DNA from: Macrostomum lignano
Taxonomy: Eukaryota
Direction of reading: 5' to 3'
Length of the DNA: 64,000 bases
Assembly (NCBI GenBank): GCA_002269645.1
Contig: NIVC01001597.1
Coordinates: 124,001 to 188,000, forward strand
Shown in pieces: positions 25,301-38,367 of this stretch. The first letter of the stretch is position 1. Each line of letters begins with the position of its first letter. The position numbers were made by a program, and so were the translations under genes. Under the pieces are notes generated by a model. The model was given only the letters and a program-made list of their open reading frames with translations, did not search any database and had not been told where the DNA came from.

Positions 25301-26652
25301 GTCAGTAGCTGCTGTGTCAGAGATGTCAGTAGCTGGGGTGTCAGAGATGCCAGTAGCTGGGGTGTCATAGATGCCAGTAGCTGGGGTGTCAGAGATGTCA
25401 GTAGCTGGGGTGTCAGAGATGCCAGTAGCTGGGTGTCAGAGATGTCAGTAGCTGGGGTGTCAGAGATGTCAGTAGCTGAGGTGTCAGAGATGTCAGTAGC
25501 TGCTGTGTCAGAGATGTCAGTAGCTGGGGTGTCAGAGATGCCAGTAGCTGGGGTGTCAGAGATGTCAGTAGCTGCTGTGTCAGAGATGTCAGTAGCTGGG
25601 GTGTCAGAGATGTCAGTAGCTGGGGTGTCAGAGATGCCAGTAGCTGCTGTGTCAGAAAAGTCAGTAGCTGGGGTGTCAGAGATGTCAGTAGCTGGGGTGT
25701 CAGAGATGTCAGTAGCTGGGGTGTCAGAGATGTCAGTAGCTGGGGTGTCAGAGATGTCAGTAGCTGGGATGCCAGAGATGTCAGTAGCTGGGGTGTCAGA
25801 GATGTCAGTAGCTGGTTTGTCAGAGATGCCAGTAGCTGCTGTGTCAGAGATGTCAGTAGCTGGGGTGTCAGAGATGTCAGTAGCTGGGGTGTCAGAGATG
25901 TCAGTAGCTGGTGTGTCAGAGATGTCAGTAGCTGGGGTGTCAGAGAGATGTCAGTAGCTGGGGTGTCAGAGAGATGTCAGTAGCTGGGGTGTCAGAGATG
26001 TCAGTAAGCTGGGGTGTCAGAGATGCCAGTAGCTGAGGTGTCAGAGATGTCAGTAGCTGGGGTGTCAGAGATGTCAGTAGCTGGGGTGTCAGAGATGCCT
26101 GTAGCTGCTGTGTCAGAGATGCCAGTAGCTGGGGTGTCAGAGATGTCAGTAGCTGGGGTGTCAGAGATGTCAGTAGCTGGGGTGTCAGAGATGTCAGTAG
26201 CTGGGGTGTCAGAGAGATGTCAGTAGCTGGGGTGTCAGAGATGTCAGTAGCTGGGGTGTCAGAGATGTCAGTAGCTGCTGTGTCAGAGATGCCAGTAGCT
26301 GGGGTGTCAGAGATGTCAGTAGCTGGGGTGTCAGAGATGTCAGTAGCTAAGGTGTCATAGATGCCAGTAGCTGGGGTGTCAGAGATGTCAGTAGCTGTGT
26401 TAGAGATGTCAGTAGCTGGGGTGTCAGAGATGCCAGTAGCTGGGGTGTCAGAAAATTCAGTAGCTGGGGTGTCAGAGATGTCAGTAGCTGGGGTGTCAGA
26501 GATGTCAGTAGCTGGGGTGTCAGAGATGTCAGTAGCTGGGGTGTCAGAGATGTCAGTAGCTGGGGTGTCAGAGATGTCAGTAGCTGGGGTGTCAGAGATG
26601 TCAGTAGCTGGGGTGTCAGAGATGTCAGTAGCTGGGGTGTCAGAGATGTCAG
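22378..26652 (-). repeat. 24-bp minisatellite, ~4.3 kb, reverse complement of 636-1836, with ~1.1-kb higher-order duplication
   Basis: (AGATGTCAGTAGCTGGGGTGTCAG)n; identical pseudo-ORFs at 22891/23964 and 23012/24085 (offset 1073 bp). Confidence 0.98.
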
Positions 26653-27315
26653 GGTGGCTAAAATTATTGTCTGCAATACTCCATAGTGTATACGTAATTC
26701 CGAGTCGTACGGCATGCGCATACGATAGGAATTCACATTTTCCAAATGCACTTTTTTATCAGGCATTCCAAAATATCTGCTTGCAAGAAGCTCGATAAGA
26801 TGGAATCATCGAGTTTCTGCGGTAATGATTTCTCTTCCAACAGGAAAAAATCCCAGGGCAGTCGAGCGGTCACATGCAGCTGGCTTGACGGGAGTTCGAA
26901 TCCCTGAGGATTTTGGCGCCAGCAGAGTTGCCATGCAACTCAGACACAAAACAACTCTGTAAGGGAAAATATATATCTCTGTGGGATTCGATTCGGGAAG
27001 CTGGAGTTTGGCTCCCTCTCTCCCGGGAAAATTGGCCTCATCAACCATCGGCCGAGTCGGCAAAATAAAAGTAAAATATATTTCTTGAGGCTGCTCGAGC
27101 CTCTCAGAACTTGGACCGACTGTTGCACTTTGACCTCAGCTTCTCGGTGCCGAGAGTGGGTGAGTGGAAGGGAGGTATTCGATCTGGAAACTGACTTCTC
27201 CTGGTGCTCTTATCTCTGCTTCATCCCAGCCCGCTTCTGGAGTCTGTGTGTTTGTGTGCCTGTCTGTCTGCCTGTCTGTCTGCCTCTCTGTCTGTCTGTC
27301 TCTTAGGGAGAGGTG

Positions 27316-28378
27316 CAGTGGCGTACGCACGCACTAATTTTAATTGGAGGGCGCTGCAGATAAGGAATATCAATTTTTAGTGTCTTGGTTGGCGCCCCTG
27401 TCTCTTGGTTGGCGCCCCTGTCTCTAGGTTGGTGCCCCTGTTTCTTGGTTGGCGCCCCTGTCTCTTGGTTGGCGCCCCTGTCTCTTGGTTGGCGCCCCTG
27501 TCTCTAGGTTGGTGCCCCTGTTTCTTGGTTGGCGCCCCTGTCTCTGGGTTGGCGCCCCTGTCTCTTGGTTGGCGCCCCTGTCTCTTGGTTGGCGCCCCTG
27601 TCTCTGGTTGGCGCCCCTGTCTCTTGGTTGGCGCCCCTGTCTCTTGGTTGGCGCCCCTGTCTCTGGGTTGGTGCCCCTGTCTCTTGGTTGGCGCCCCTGT
27701 CTCTTGGTTGGCGCCCCTGTCTCTTGGTTGGTGCCCCTGTCTCTGGGTTGGTGCCCCTGTCTCTTGGTTGGCGCCCCTGTCTCTTGGTTGGCGCCCCTGT
27801 CTCTGGGTTGGTGCCCCTGTCTCTGGGTTGGCGCCCCTGTCTCTTGGTTGGCGCCCCTGTCTCTAGGTTGGTGCCCCTGTTTCTTGGTTGGCGCCCCTGT
27901 CTCTGGGTTGGTGCCCCTGTCTCTGGGTTGGCGCCCCTGTCTCTTGGTTGGTGCCCCTGTCTCTGGGTTGGCGCCCCTGTCTCTTGGTTGGCGCCCCTAT
28001 CTCTTGGTTGGCGCCCCTGTCTCTGGGTTGGTGCCCCTGTCTCTGGGTTGGCGCCCCTGTCTCTTGGTTGGCGCCCCTGTCTCTGGGTTGGCGCCCCTGT
28101 CTCTTGGTTGGCGCCCCTGTCTCTTGGTTGGCGCCCCTGTCTCTTGGTTGGCGCCCCTGTTTTTGGGTTGGTGCCCCTGTCTTTTGGTGGGCGCCCCTGT
28201 CTCTTGGTTGGCGCCCCTGTCTCTTGGTTGGCGCCCCTGTTTTTGGGTTGGTGCCCCTGTCTTTTGGTGGGCGCCCCTGTCTCTTGATGGGCGCCCCTGT
28301 CTCTTGGTTGGTGCCCCTGTCTCTTAGTGGGCGCCCCTGTCTCTTGGTTGGCGCCCCTGTCTCTTGGTTGGCGCCCGG
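27316..28378 (+). mobile_element. Dispersed element carrying the 20-bp GGCGCCCC minisatellite, with conserved end CAGTGGCGTACGC
   Basis: The ~65-bp unique end 27316-27380 aligns with the reverse complement of 63612-63678; the array (CTTGGTTGGCGCCCCTGTCT)n occupies 27385-28378. Confidence 0.6.
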
Positions 28379-31300
28379 CTCTAGGCTCCCAGGCCGTAGA
28401 TGCCACGTACAAATAGAGGTGGCAAAAGTTGAGCTTCTGTCATTCGTCAAGCTTGGCTGCCTCTTCATTTGGAGGAGCGCACTTTTTCTGGAGCCGATTG
28501 CGGGGGTCCGCCCCCCCCCCCTAAACTGCATGTATGACTCCTCAATCTAAAAATAGATTTAATCCAATTATAAAACCTGACTATTAATATCTATTGAAAA
28601 TGTAATAATTACTCAGACTATGACTGTCTATATTCATGTTATATATAGCCTACACGATTCTGTGCGTGCATTCATATACTGTGTATAGATTCGTCAACAA
28701 AGACCAATATATGTAGAATATATTTAGCTCTTTCAGTGAACACTGAATTGATCAATAGGCTTGACCTGCCCTATACATGTATACCCCCCCCCCCTACCAA
28801 AATTATATACTGAGATAAATAATTAGTCATTTTGGCGCAGCTGTCAGTCAAAACCAGTCAGTCAAAAGCAGTTGCTGAAATTAATGAGCTGCATGCTACA
28901 AGTACATATACGTTTAATTTACGCTCGTAGAAAACTTTATGACAAATTATTCATATACTATAGAATGCATGTATTGTATGTGTTCGATGTTAAATCTACA
29001 GTAAATATTTAAAAGCTACATATAATGTTTCATGTAAATTTTAGATGATTTATAGTTGTTTTTTCTGGTGTTATCTATTCTTCTTTTGTTAGAATTATGC
29101 ACGTCGTGCTTCTAATTAGTTCTTAGTTTAATCAAAGCGCGGGAAATGCCACGCGTTTAACTTTATGCCCTCCTAAATTCATTGTTCAATCCACATGCGA
29201 AAACACTACTGCATGCACATATATGTAGAATCATACAAACATAAATTGTTAATGCTATGAAACATCCTATCAAAAGTACGCTCACCTGTCTCGCAGTTCG
29301 CAGCCAATCAAATCATAGGAATTCGCTGACCCAAAAATGCTATTTTTCAAGGAATTAATCAATCAGTACCATGGAGTGTGTCACCCAAACGCGCGAACTT
29401 TGTCAAACGCGAACCACATGAATAATTCATTTCACCATACATGGCAACCATTTCGCAAAAGGCACTAATCGCAGCAATAGTGTTACATATGTATTTTCGC
29501 TAGTAGCAACCTAAACTCTGCCCCTTCAACCTTGTCAAAAACCAAAAGCTGACCTTTTGACATTATCATGCACTTTTGAGCTTGTAGCTTTGCACTCAAT
29601 GAATTACTTACACGTTATTTCCCTGCAAAATATACTATAATACAAGTGTGGTTTCACAGAAGCCAAATATTTCAGAAAGCATTTTAATTTCACACAGGGC
29701 CCTCAGAAGAGGAGACGTCTTGATCAAACTGACCGCGACACCGCAGCTTTAACGAACAATAAGAAACGAATACATACATATAAAGACGAAAGCAGCACTC
29801 GAACCCCATAGCTATAGGAAGCTAAATATATTCTTTCTAATCTTAAACTGGATGCCCAGATTTATGTTCAGGAAGTGTTGAGTTTTCTTGAGTACAGTAG
29901 CTAGAGAGAATCCGGCCGATTGTTAAGTACACCTAAAAAAGTCTCCCCTCACGAATTCAACATGTGGCCATGAAACTTTCACAGCTGAAGAACACATGTT
30001 CCATGTAAATCAAAAGATCATTGTAATCTTCACTGGCCCAGATCAAATGCAACAATTGATGTCTGAGACTTCAGATAAAAATTTATTTCTCCTATGTACG
30101 TGTACACGTACATGTATATATAAATATATGTGGTGTATTTTTTCTAGGAAACCGGCCTCTAAAAATCATACAGTTAAATATATTTGATCTGATCGACCTG
30201 AGTTACGCGCTCGTACGAATTTTTCTGACTACAGGCGAACAGGCGAATCCTAGTAGGCGATTGGACTGGATCCTCGTAAATATAGGTTCTTCCCTGGATG
30301 GTGCAACTAAATCGAAAAGTGACACATCGTACTAACTCAGCAATTGCATGACGACGATTTACTATAAAGAAATCATCAGCTATCACACTACAAGAACGTT
30401 GATGCCTCCTCACAGCTAGCCTCTTATAATGTTGCACAAAAAGGTGGCCAGAACGATAGTTGCGATATGAGAATTTCCTTTACTCTAGGCTAGCCAGCCT
30501 ACACCACATAACCAGCAAAGCGGTTCTTATAGCTCTTTATTTCTTTTATTAGGCCACCAAAGAAAACCATATAAACTGATAGGATCCTCTAGTATCTAGG
30601 CTGAATTTGAATCATGAATAGGCCTTATTTGCTTTGTGTAACTTTTAAGGCAAATAATTGGTTTTAAGACTTAGATTTTAGCCAACTGGATAATCCAGAG
30701 ACCAATACAAAATGAGCAAGTTGAGATCTGAAAACTGTGCAAGAAAGAAAAAGCACCACTCTGGTTTGAGATGGGTGTCTATTTTATACAGATTGGCATT
30801 TTAACCCCCCCCCCTCACCACCAGTGGGGTGTCTTTGCACAGTTAGCAATGGCGGGGGTTTTAAGCAACAAAAATAAAAAACAAGTTCTATATAAATTTA
30901 GTTGGTTCTAGTAGGTGGCTAAGTGTGTGGGTTAGAGATTATTTGAGGTTTTGCAAATCTATGTGTTGAATTAGATAAAATTTAGGATAGAAAGATTAAA
31001 TAGAAAAAGAGCTAATGTTTTCTGTCTCTTAACTCTGTCCATGGATGATTATACAGTCCTCTTTCTCTCTCTCTCTTTGTTGTCAAGCTATTTGGGGTTG
31101 ATCTCGCCTTCTTAGATAGCTTTGGGTTGGATAGAAGTCTGTGGGTGGGCTGTGCAATTCTCTTCTGAAGTTTGCCAGGTTCTGATGCGTGCCACAGGCT
31201 GATTGCTCTTCTTGACATCATTGGTACATGCCATGGGCCAGTTGCTCTTTGATATAATTGCAGTTTAAATTGGGCCTCTCCTTGGTTTGCTTTTCCTAGC

Positions 31301-31501
31301 TGGTTTGAGCGCCATTGCCTGTGGCGGGATTTTGCTACTCACTGAAATGGAAAGAGGCTTTATTAGATTTGGCCATTTAAATTTGACTTGACAGCTGGGT
31401 TTTTTTTTTCGCCAGAGATAAGGTGCGAAATCGCACCTTGTGCCAAATTTCAAGGTGCGATTTTAAGGCTCAGAGTGCAATTTCTCTTGAGTCTTGTTTA
31501 G

Positions 31502-33989
31502 AATGTGAGGGTTTCACGAGAGATATTCAGACAGACATTCGAAACGATCGTCTGTAACTTTAAACAAAATTGACCCGCTTCAACCATCTTTTTGGCAAAT
31601 ACTTACGCAAGTGTTGGGCGTCGAATAAGCTTTAATTTATTAACTGAAGTAAAAATCCTTCTGACATACATTGATTTAAAAATTGCTTAGCAACACTAGC
31701 TCTGATTAGAAATTGCTTTACTGTTGACTAAAATTGTTTTGATTGTAGCAGCCTAAAAGCAGATACTGGATTTAAAAATGCTTCGATTTACTCTATACGC
31801 ATGTCTCAGATTTAAAATGACACCTCAGGCGTCGCAAAAGACAGCTTTGATGCTGAGATATTCGACACTAAACATGCATTGCTTTGCGCAATCTCACATT
31901 CAGAAATTTCACTGATTTTTTGTCGATATTTGTGCAGTTGCCGTGTCCTTGTTTTTCATCAGAAACTTGTCAAATTCTAGTCATGTCCAGTTTAAACCTG
32001 GACTTCTCTTAAACTGTCTTAAGTATTTGATTTTTAATGATTCCTGCCTTTATATTGCATAGATTGTACCTGAGTCAGTGAGTCTGTGAGTGTACATTTG
32101 TACATATGGCAACCAATCATGACTTTTTCACCGCTTTGCGGTTCAAATAAATATACGAGTGTACGAGAAACATGTTCCAACTGTTATTGAGAGAAATTGA
32201 CGTCGCGTTTATTAACAGTCAGTGGCAATTAATATGAAGCAAATAGTTTATTGTTATGTTTTTACTTTTTTTGCGTGGCAATTCTGCTATCCAAATCGGA
32301 ATGAGGTAAGCGGTGGGAATAAAATAAAAAGGAAAAATTTTTTCTACTGTTGTTGCAACCCAATAGCTATATGTACTTCAAACTTTTTAGATTGAACTGG
32401 CGATTTCTAATGTACTGCTAAGCTTTCCAATCCCTACGGACTACAGTAGCAGTTCTTAACTTTTTTTCTGTCTTGACTTCTAGACTCGGAATTCGGAACA
32501 ACCTAAGGAGCCGCATGAAAATATTTAATTGGATAAAGATATTTTCTAAAAACAGCTCAAGTCGTGACACATCTTCTTCTCACCTCAGTCCATCAACTGC
32601 TGCTCCTTCTGAGACCAAAGCGATCGTGAAAGTAAAACAGATCAGTTTAGATCCCATGGCCATGAATATAACCATTTCAATTGTGAACCTGCTTCGCTTA
32701 CAAGTACGAGCACTAGCCTTCCATTTGATGCCATTAGCTCACTTAACTCTGAAATAGTTCAAGGACGGTTCCAAATGTTGAGATCTGACGTAGAAGCAGT
32801 CCAATTTGTGGAAATTTATCAACTGGACTCCATGAATCACTCCAATGAAAGGCGGCGAATAGCTGCAGAATGCGTAAACAAGTTTAAGTGAGTCACAAAA
32901 ACCCCATTTACTGTAACTACATACACTTGTACGTTAGCAAGGCTCCATGCGATGGTTAATAAATGGAGAAGTAGACAAGCATCTGAACAAATATTGAATA
33001 AAAATCAGTGAAGTTTCCGAATGTGAGTTTGAGCAAAGCAATGTTTAGTGTCAAATATCTCAGCATCAAAGCTGTCTTTTGCAATGCCTGAGGTGTCATT
33101 TTAAAGCTGAGACATGCGTATAGACATGACTAGAATTTGACAAGATTCTGATGAAAAACAAGGACACGGCAACTGCACAAATATCGACAAAAAATCAGTG
33201 AAATTTCTGAATGTGAGATTGCGCAAAGCAATGCATGTTTAGTGTCGAATATCTCAGCATCAAGGCTGTCTTTTGCGACGCCTGAGGTGTCATTTTAAAG
33301 CTGAGACATGCGTATAGAGTAAATCGAAGCATTTTTAAATCCAGTATCTGCTTTTAGGCTGCTACGATCAAAACAATTTTAGTCAACAGTAAAGCGATTT
33401 CTAATCAGAGCTAGTGTTGCTAAGCAATTTTTAAATCAATGTATGTCAGAAGGATTTTTACTTCAGTTAATAAATTAAAGCTTATTCGACGCCCAACACT
33501 TGCGTAAGTATTTGCCAAAAAGATGGTTGAAGCGGGTCAATTTTGTTTGAAGTTACAGACAATCATTTTGAATGTCTGTCTGAATGGGTCTCCCTAAAAC
33601 ACGCCCCGCACCGCCCTGCAGCGCTACACATTAAAACAAATTGGACTATAACTAAAGACACTTCAAAATGCATTTTCTGTTAAGCTTCAAGTTTTTATTA
33701 AATTTAGTTTTTTTACTTTGAAATATAAAATTTGGTGAACAATAAGTGATATTAATAATAATATTAATAAAATAATAATATTATAATTTAATAATGAAAA
33801 CGAGAATATAAAAAATAATAATATTTAAAAAAATAAATAAAGATATTTATTCCATTACTATTTTAACTTTTCCTTGCAATCAAATACTGCATTGACAAAA
33901 AATGTTATAATGTGTAGCAGTTCGGGGCCCGGTGTGGGGCGTGTTTTAGGGAGCCTTTGTCTGAATATCTCTCGTGAAACCCTCACATT
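31502..33989. mobile_element. Foldback-type element with ~480-bp near-perfect inverted repeats
   Basis: 31502-31987 is the reverse complement of 33122-33585 plus 33958-33989 (right arm interrupted by a MITE); ~1-kb spacer; degenerate ~120-bp duplicate of part of the arm at 33000-33121. No TSD found. Confidence 0.8.
33586..33957. mobile_element. 372-bp AT-rich MITE with 9-bp TSD (Mutator-like size)
   Basis: TSD TGTCTGAAT at 33577-33585 and 33958-33966; TIR core CTCCCTAAAACACGCCCC at both ends; very AT-rich interior. Confidence 0.85.
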
Positions 33990-35488
33990 GCTCACAGTTC
34001 AGACAACTGGGAATGTATATTTTAATATCTTACATAAGGCTATAGCTATAGGCTATATTGCCTATATGACTTAATAGGATTTAAAGAGTTATTTTGTTTC
34101 ATATTTAAAGGCAGTGCATAAAAAATAGCTTAAGCATGGTTAAGCCTTTAAAGAAAAATGGTTATAAGACCGCACCTAAACCGCACCTACTTTTTTAATT
34201 TCAGGGTGCGATTTTAAAATTTAGGGTGCATACGCACACTCTGCGCACAAAAAAAAACCCTGCTTGACAGTTGATTAATTATCTTAAAGCTGCTTCTGTT
34301 TGCCATTCTAATAGCTAACTAGGAGTTCCATTGTGCTATTCTATTTCACCCTTCACTGCGCCTAGGCATTTCATAATTTTGTGCATTCATATGCAACAGT
34401 CAGCCAAGTTAGCTGATCTGGCCAACTGATTTGGTGGCCAACCAAGATAAGTTGCAAAAATACCCACCCAAATAGATACCCAAGTAGTAATAAGTAGATG
34501 ATGAGGCATTTTGCTTTAATAAGACAGTCAGTTACTCCTGCCATTTACCCAAAGTTGCATTAATTTTGCTTTAAAATGTCACATTTTTGTTAAAACTAAA
34601 TCACATGGCTAACTGAATTTTGGAGGTTGCACATATGATTTTGTACCTATCTTCTAACTTAGGGTAAAAACTTTAGATTTCTTACTTTTATAGGTAAAAT
34701 ATCTATATATTTTAGCTAGTTGCTACATTTTTAAGATCTATTTTTGTTGTCACATGGGCCTCTTGTTAATTTTCCTTATCAATGTTGAGTTCAATGCCAA
34801 AAGCAATGTTTTCAAAGTATACTAGCAGACACTGCATATTTATTAGCCTAGGCCTATTATATTGCATTGAAAGTCCAAGACTCTATAGTTTTTCATGTAG
34901 TGCCTTTACAATATATGAGGCACATCTATCAGAGCTATACTGCCCAAGTAAACTTGAGTTAGTATGACAGCAAAAAATTAACAATCCATGGCAAAATTGA
35001 TATCAATGGGATACTATGGCTAGGTATTGCCTACCACCTTAGATCAATATCATCCTACCACAGAGTATAAGCAAGTGGGAGGGCAAGAGAGTAGAAAAAC
35101 TGCACCTAAATCGAATCTTAAACCTGTTTCTACAGGTGTTTGTACCCATGCAAACCAAGTCAACTTAAATATAATTATTTTAGTTCTAAGTAGTCTAACC
35201 AATTATAAAAGAATTATACTCTTGAAATATTTTATACTTCAAAGCTAACAATTATGATAATATTTTGATTGTTTTTTGAATTTTTTTATAACTAAAAAGT
35301 GAGTTTATTTGAGTCTAGAACTAAATTTAAATTTGCATTTTTTAGGTTGAGTATGTATATAATTTTGAATTGACACAAAAAGTATAATCCATTTTATTGG
35401 CACTGATTATTTAATTTCTGTATGACAAATATTTAGATTATTGTATTCTCATTCATGAAAAGCAAAATCTTTATATAGATGTTGAAAA

Positions 35489-38209
35489 ATGATCTGCCAG
35501 CTTGTGTGTCTTTTGTTTATTTCGACTGCTTCTCCAGTATTGTCTGCAGTTCCTCAGACAGTCTATGGAGATCTCTTAGCTAATGTTCTTAACCCAAATA
35601 CCTATCTTAAGACTGCAATGCCAATATGCAATCATGGTGAAAAACTTCACGTTGGCCAGGATATGATTCTGTACCAGCTCTATGACCTGGAAGAGCCAAC
35701 TCAGATGCTCACTGTAAGTGCATTTCAATTTTTAAATACCAATATTGATAAAATATTTTTGTCTATATCTCATCTGTCCATCTGAACCCCAACATGTATC
35801 CGAATCTTTAAACCTTTTCATTTCCCATCTTATCGATCCAATGTGCGCAGCCCAGTCTTCAACTCCTTCCTCCCACCACCCCATCTTATTGCTCAAATAA
35901 GCGCTGCCCACTGCCCAGCCTTCAACCCCTTCCCCCCATTTCCCCCCATCCCCCACCACCCCATCTTATCGCTCCAATTTGCGCAGCCCAGCCTTCTACC
36001 CCTTCCCCCCACCACCCCATCTTATCGCTCCAATGTACGCAGCCCAGTCTTCAACCCCTTCCCCCACCACCCCCATCTTATCGCTCCAGTGTACGCAGCC
36101 CAGCCTTCAACCCCTTCCCCCACCACCCCGTCTTATCGCTCCAGTGTACGCAGCCCAGCCTTCAACCCCTTCCCCCCACCACCCCCATCTTATCGCTCCA
36201 ATGTACGCAGCCCAGTCTTCAACCCAGATGTGCTTCAACCCCTTCCCTCACCACACCATCTTATCGCTCCAACGCGCTGTTACCCGTCTAACTTTGCCAT
36301 CTCTTAATGGCACAAATATTTTTAATTAGTCCAATCCCCAATCTAGGTAGATGTATGGGTTGAGTCAACCTGGCGAGACTGTCGCCTCACCTGGGACCCG
36401 GCTGCCTATCACAACGTGACGAGTTTCGCTGTGAAAGCCACTGAGATCTGGCATCCGGATTTGGTGTTCTTCGAATCTTTGCACGGCAATTTCGCCGAAG
36501 CTCTTGGCGTCCTTGGCCAGTCGACTGCTAGGGTTAGATATGACGGCATGATGGAGCTCGGCTCCCAGATGCTCATTAACACTTTCTGCAGGGTAGACCT
36601 CCGCCTTTATCCGTTCGATAAGCAGCGCTGCAACATCACGTTCGCCTCGTGGAGCAAAGATAATCGAACTTTTGTCCTGAGGAAGAAAGTGGACTCAGGA
36701 ACCGGGGCCGATCACGCTTTCAAGGCGGCTAGCAACGGAGCCTGGCTGGTTGAAGGCTTCCCGGCGTTTAATAAAATTGTCCAGCGCAAGGTTGGGTTGA
36801 ATGAGAGCGCCGAGCCGGCCTGGTTTACCGAGGTCACCTTCCAGCTGCGGCTGCGCAGGAAGCCGCTCTATCATCAGGTGGGTCAGGGGGCTGCTGCCAG
36901 GTTGTGAATAACTAGATAAGCATCCAGGGTCCGAAAAATAATAATTAGATCAGCATCCAGATTCGGTGAATAATAATAATTACCAGGGTCGTAAATAATA
37001 GTAAATCGATCAACAATTCAGAGTCGGTAACTAATAATAATTTGATAAGCATCCAGGGTCCGAAAAAAATTATATAAGCATCTAGGGTCCGAAAAATAAT
37101 AATCAGATAAGCATCCAGGGTCCGAAAAGTAATAATCAGATAGGCATCCAGGGTCTGAAAAGTAATAATCTGACAAACATCCAGGGTCCGAAAAGTAATA
37201 ATTATATAAGCATATAGGGTTGTGAATAATAATAATTAGATAAGCATCCAGGGTCGGTGAATAATAATAATTAGATAAGCATCCAGGGTCGGTGAATAAT
37301 AATAATTAGATAAGCATCCAGGGTCGTTAATAAAAATAATTTGATAAGCATCCAGGGTTGTGAATAATAATAATTTGATAAGGATCCAGGGTCCGAAAAG
37401 TAATAATTAGATAAGCATCCAGGGTTGTGAATAATAATCAATAGATAAGCATCCAGGGTCGGAATAATAAAATTTAATAAGCACTCAGGCCCGTTAAAAA
37501 CGTTTCTATGTCAAGAATCGCTAAATAGTCAAGCAACTCACTAGTGACTCTGGGGAGGGGGGGGGGCGGCGACTCTGGTGACAAGAGTGACAAGAGTTGA
37601 CTCTTGTGACATTTATTATCCTACAATATATAGTACTAATCAGTAGTACAAATCTCGCTAATCCCCAACCAGGCCTACATGGTGTTTCCATGCGCTCTGC
37701 TCACCTGGCTAGCCCTGCTAGTTTACCTGTTGCCAGCCGAGTCCGGAGAGAAAATCGGTTACGTAACCACACTGCTTCTGTCGCTGGTTGTATTCCTACT
37801 GATGCTGGCTGACAATATACCCAGGTCTGGCGATTGCGTCCCCATACTTGGCCAATACTTTGTCATGTGTGTCCTGTTAGTAGCACTGGCTAATGTTAGC
37901 ACCGTACTCAGCTACAGTCTCAGTCTGCGTAGCGACGAGTTCTCGCCGCCGAAATTGTTGCTGGCCTGCCTGTCTCTGGCTGGCCTGTGCGGACTGCAGT
38001 TCCGCTGCGATGGCGGCTGGAGGCTGTTCACTTTCTCTAGGCGGCAGCTCATGCCCAGCCGCAACGGTGGCGCCAAACAGCTGAGCAACAGCGACAAATG
38101 GCGCCTGTTGGGCATTGTGTGCGACCGGTTCTGCCTGCTGGTGTACGGCGTGCTGTGCACCGCACTAACCATCTGGATTGCCGGCTTTTCTAACGAGACT
38201 GAGGACTGA
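35489..38209 (+). CDS. Cys-loop ligand-gated cation channel, nicotinic acetylcholine receptor-like non-alpha subunit; 3 exons, 430 aa
   Basis: Exons 35489-35713, 36347-36877, 37673-38209 (GT-AG, all phase 0, total 1293 nt). Signal peptide; VWVESTWRDCRLTWDP; IWHPD; Cys-loop CRVDLRLYPFDKQRC; FASW; M1-M4 with M2 GEKIGYVTTLLLSLVVFLL; WRLLGIVCDR before M4; no vicinal CC in loop C. Confidence 0.93.
35800..36290. repeat. ~55-bp C-rich minisatellite in Cys-loop gene intron 1
   Basis: (CCCCACCACCCCATCTTATCGCTCCAATGTACGCAGCCCAGTCTTCAACCCCTT)n, about 8 copies. Confidence 0.9.
36915..37490. repeat. ~30-32-bp minisatellite in Cys-loop gene intron 2
   Basis: (TAATAATTAGATAAGCATCCAGGGTC..)n, about 18 copies. 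Confidence 0.9.
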
Positions 38210-38367
38210 TTGATTTGGAAAAATGAGGAGTAATGATTGACGTTGAAATTTTATAGATTTCAGTTATTGATTACACGCATGCTATGCTAATTATATCAAA
38301 TTTACTTTCATTTTTATGAGACTTTGATTGGATTTTCTGTTGAAGCCTTCAAAAAACGTAAGCCTCC

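Larger units (their letters stand above)
31395..34262. mobile_element. Non-autonomous hAT-like DNA transposon (outer element of the nested stack)
   Basis: 8-bp TSD CTTGACAG at 31387-31394 and 34263-34270; ends CTGGGTTTTTTTTTTC / AAAAAAAACCCTG; repeated GGTGCG/CGCACC subterminal motifs at both ends. No transposase ORF seen. Confidence 0.8.
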
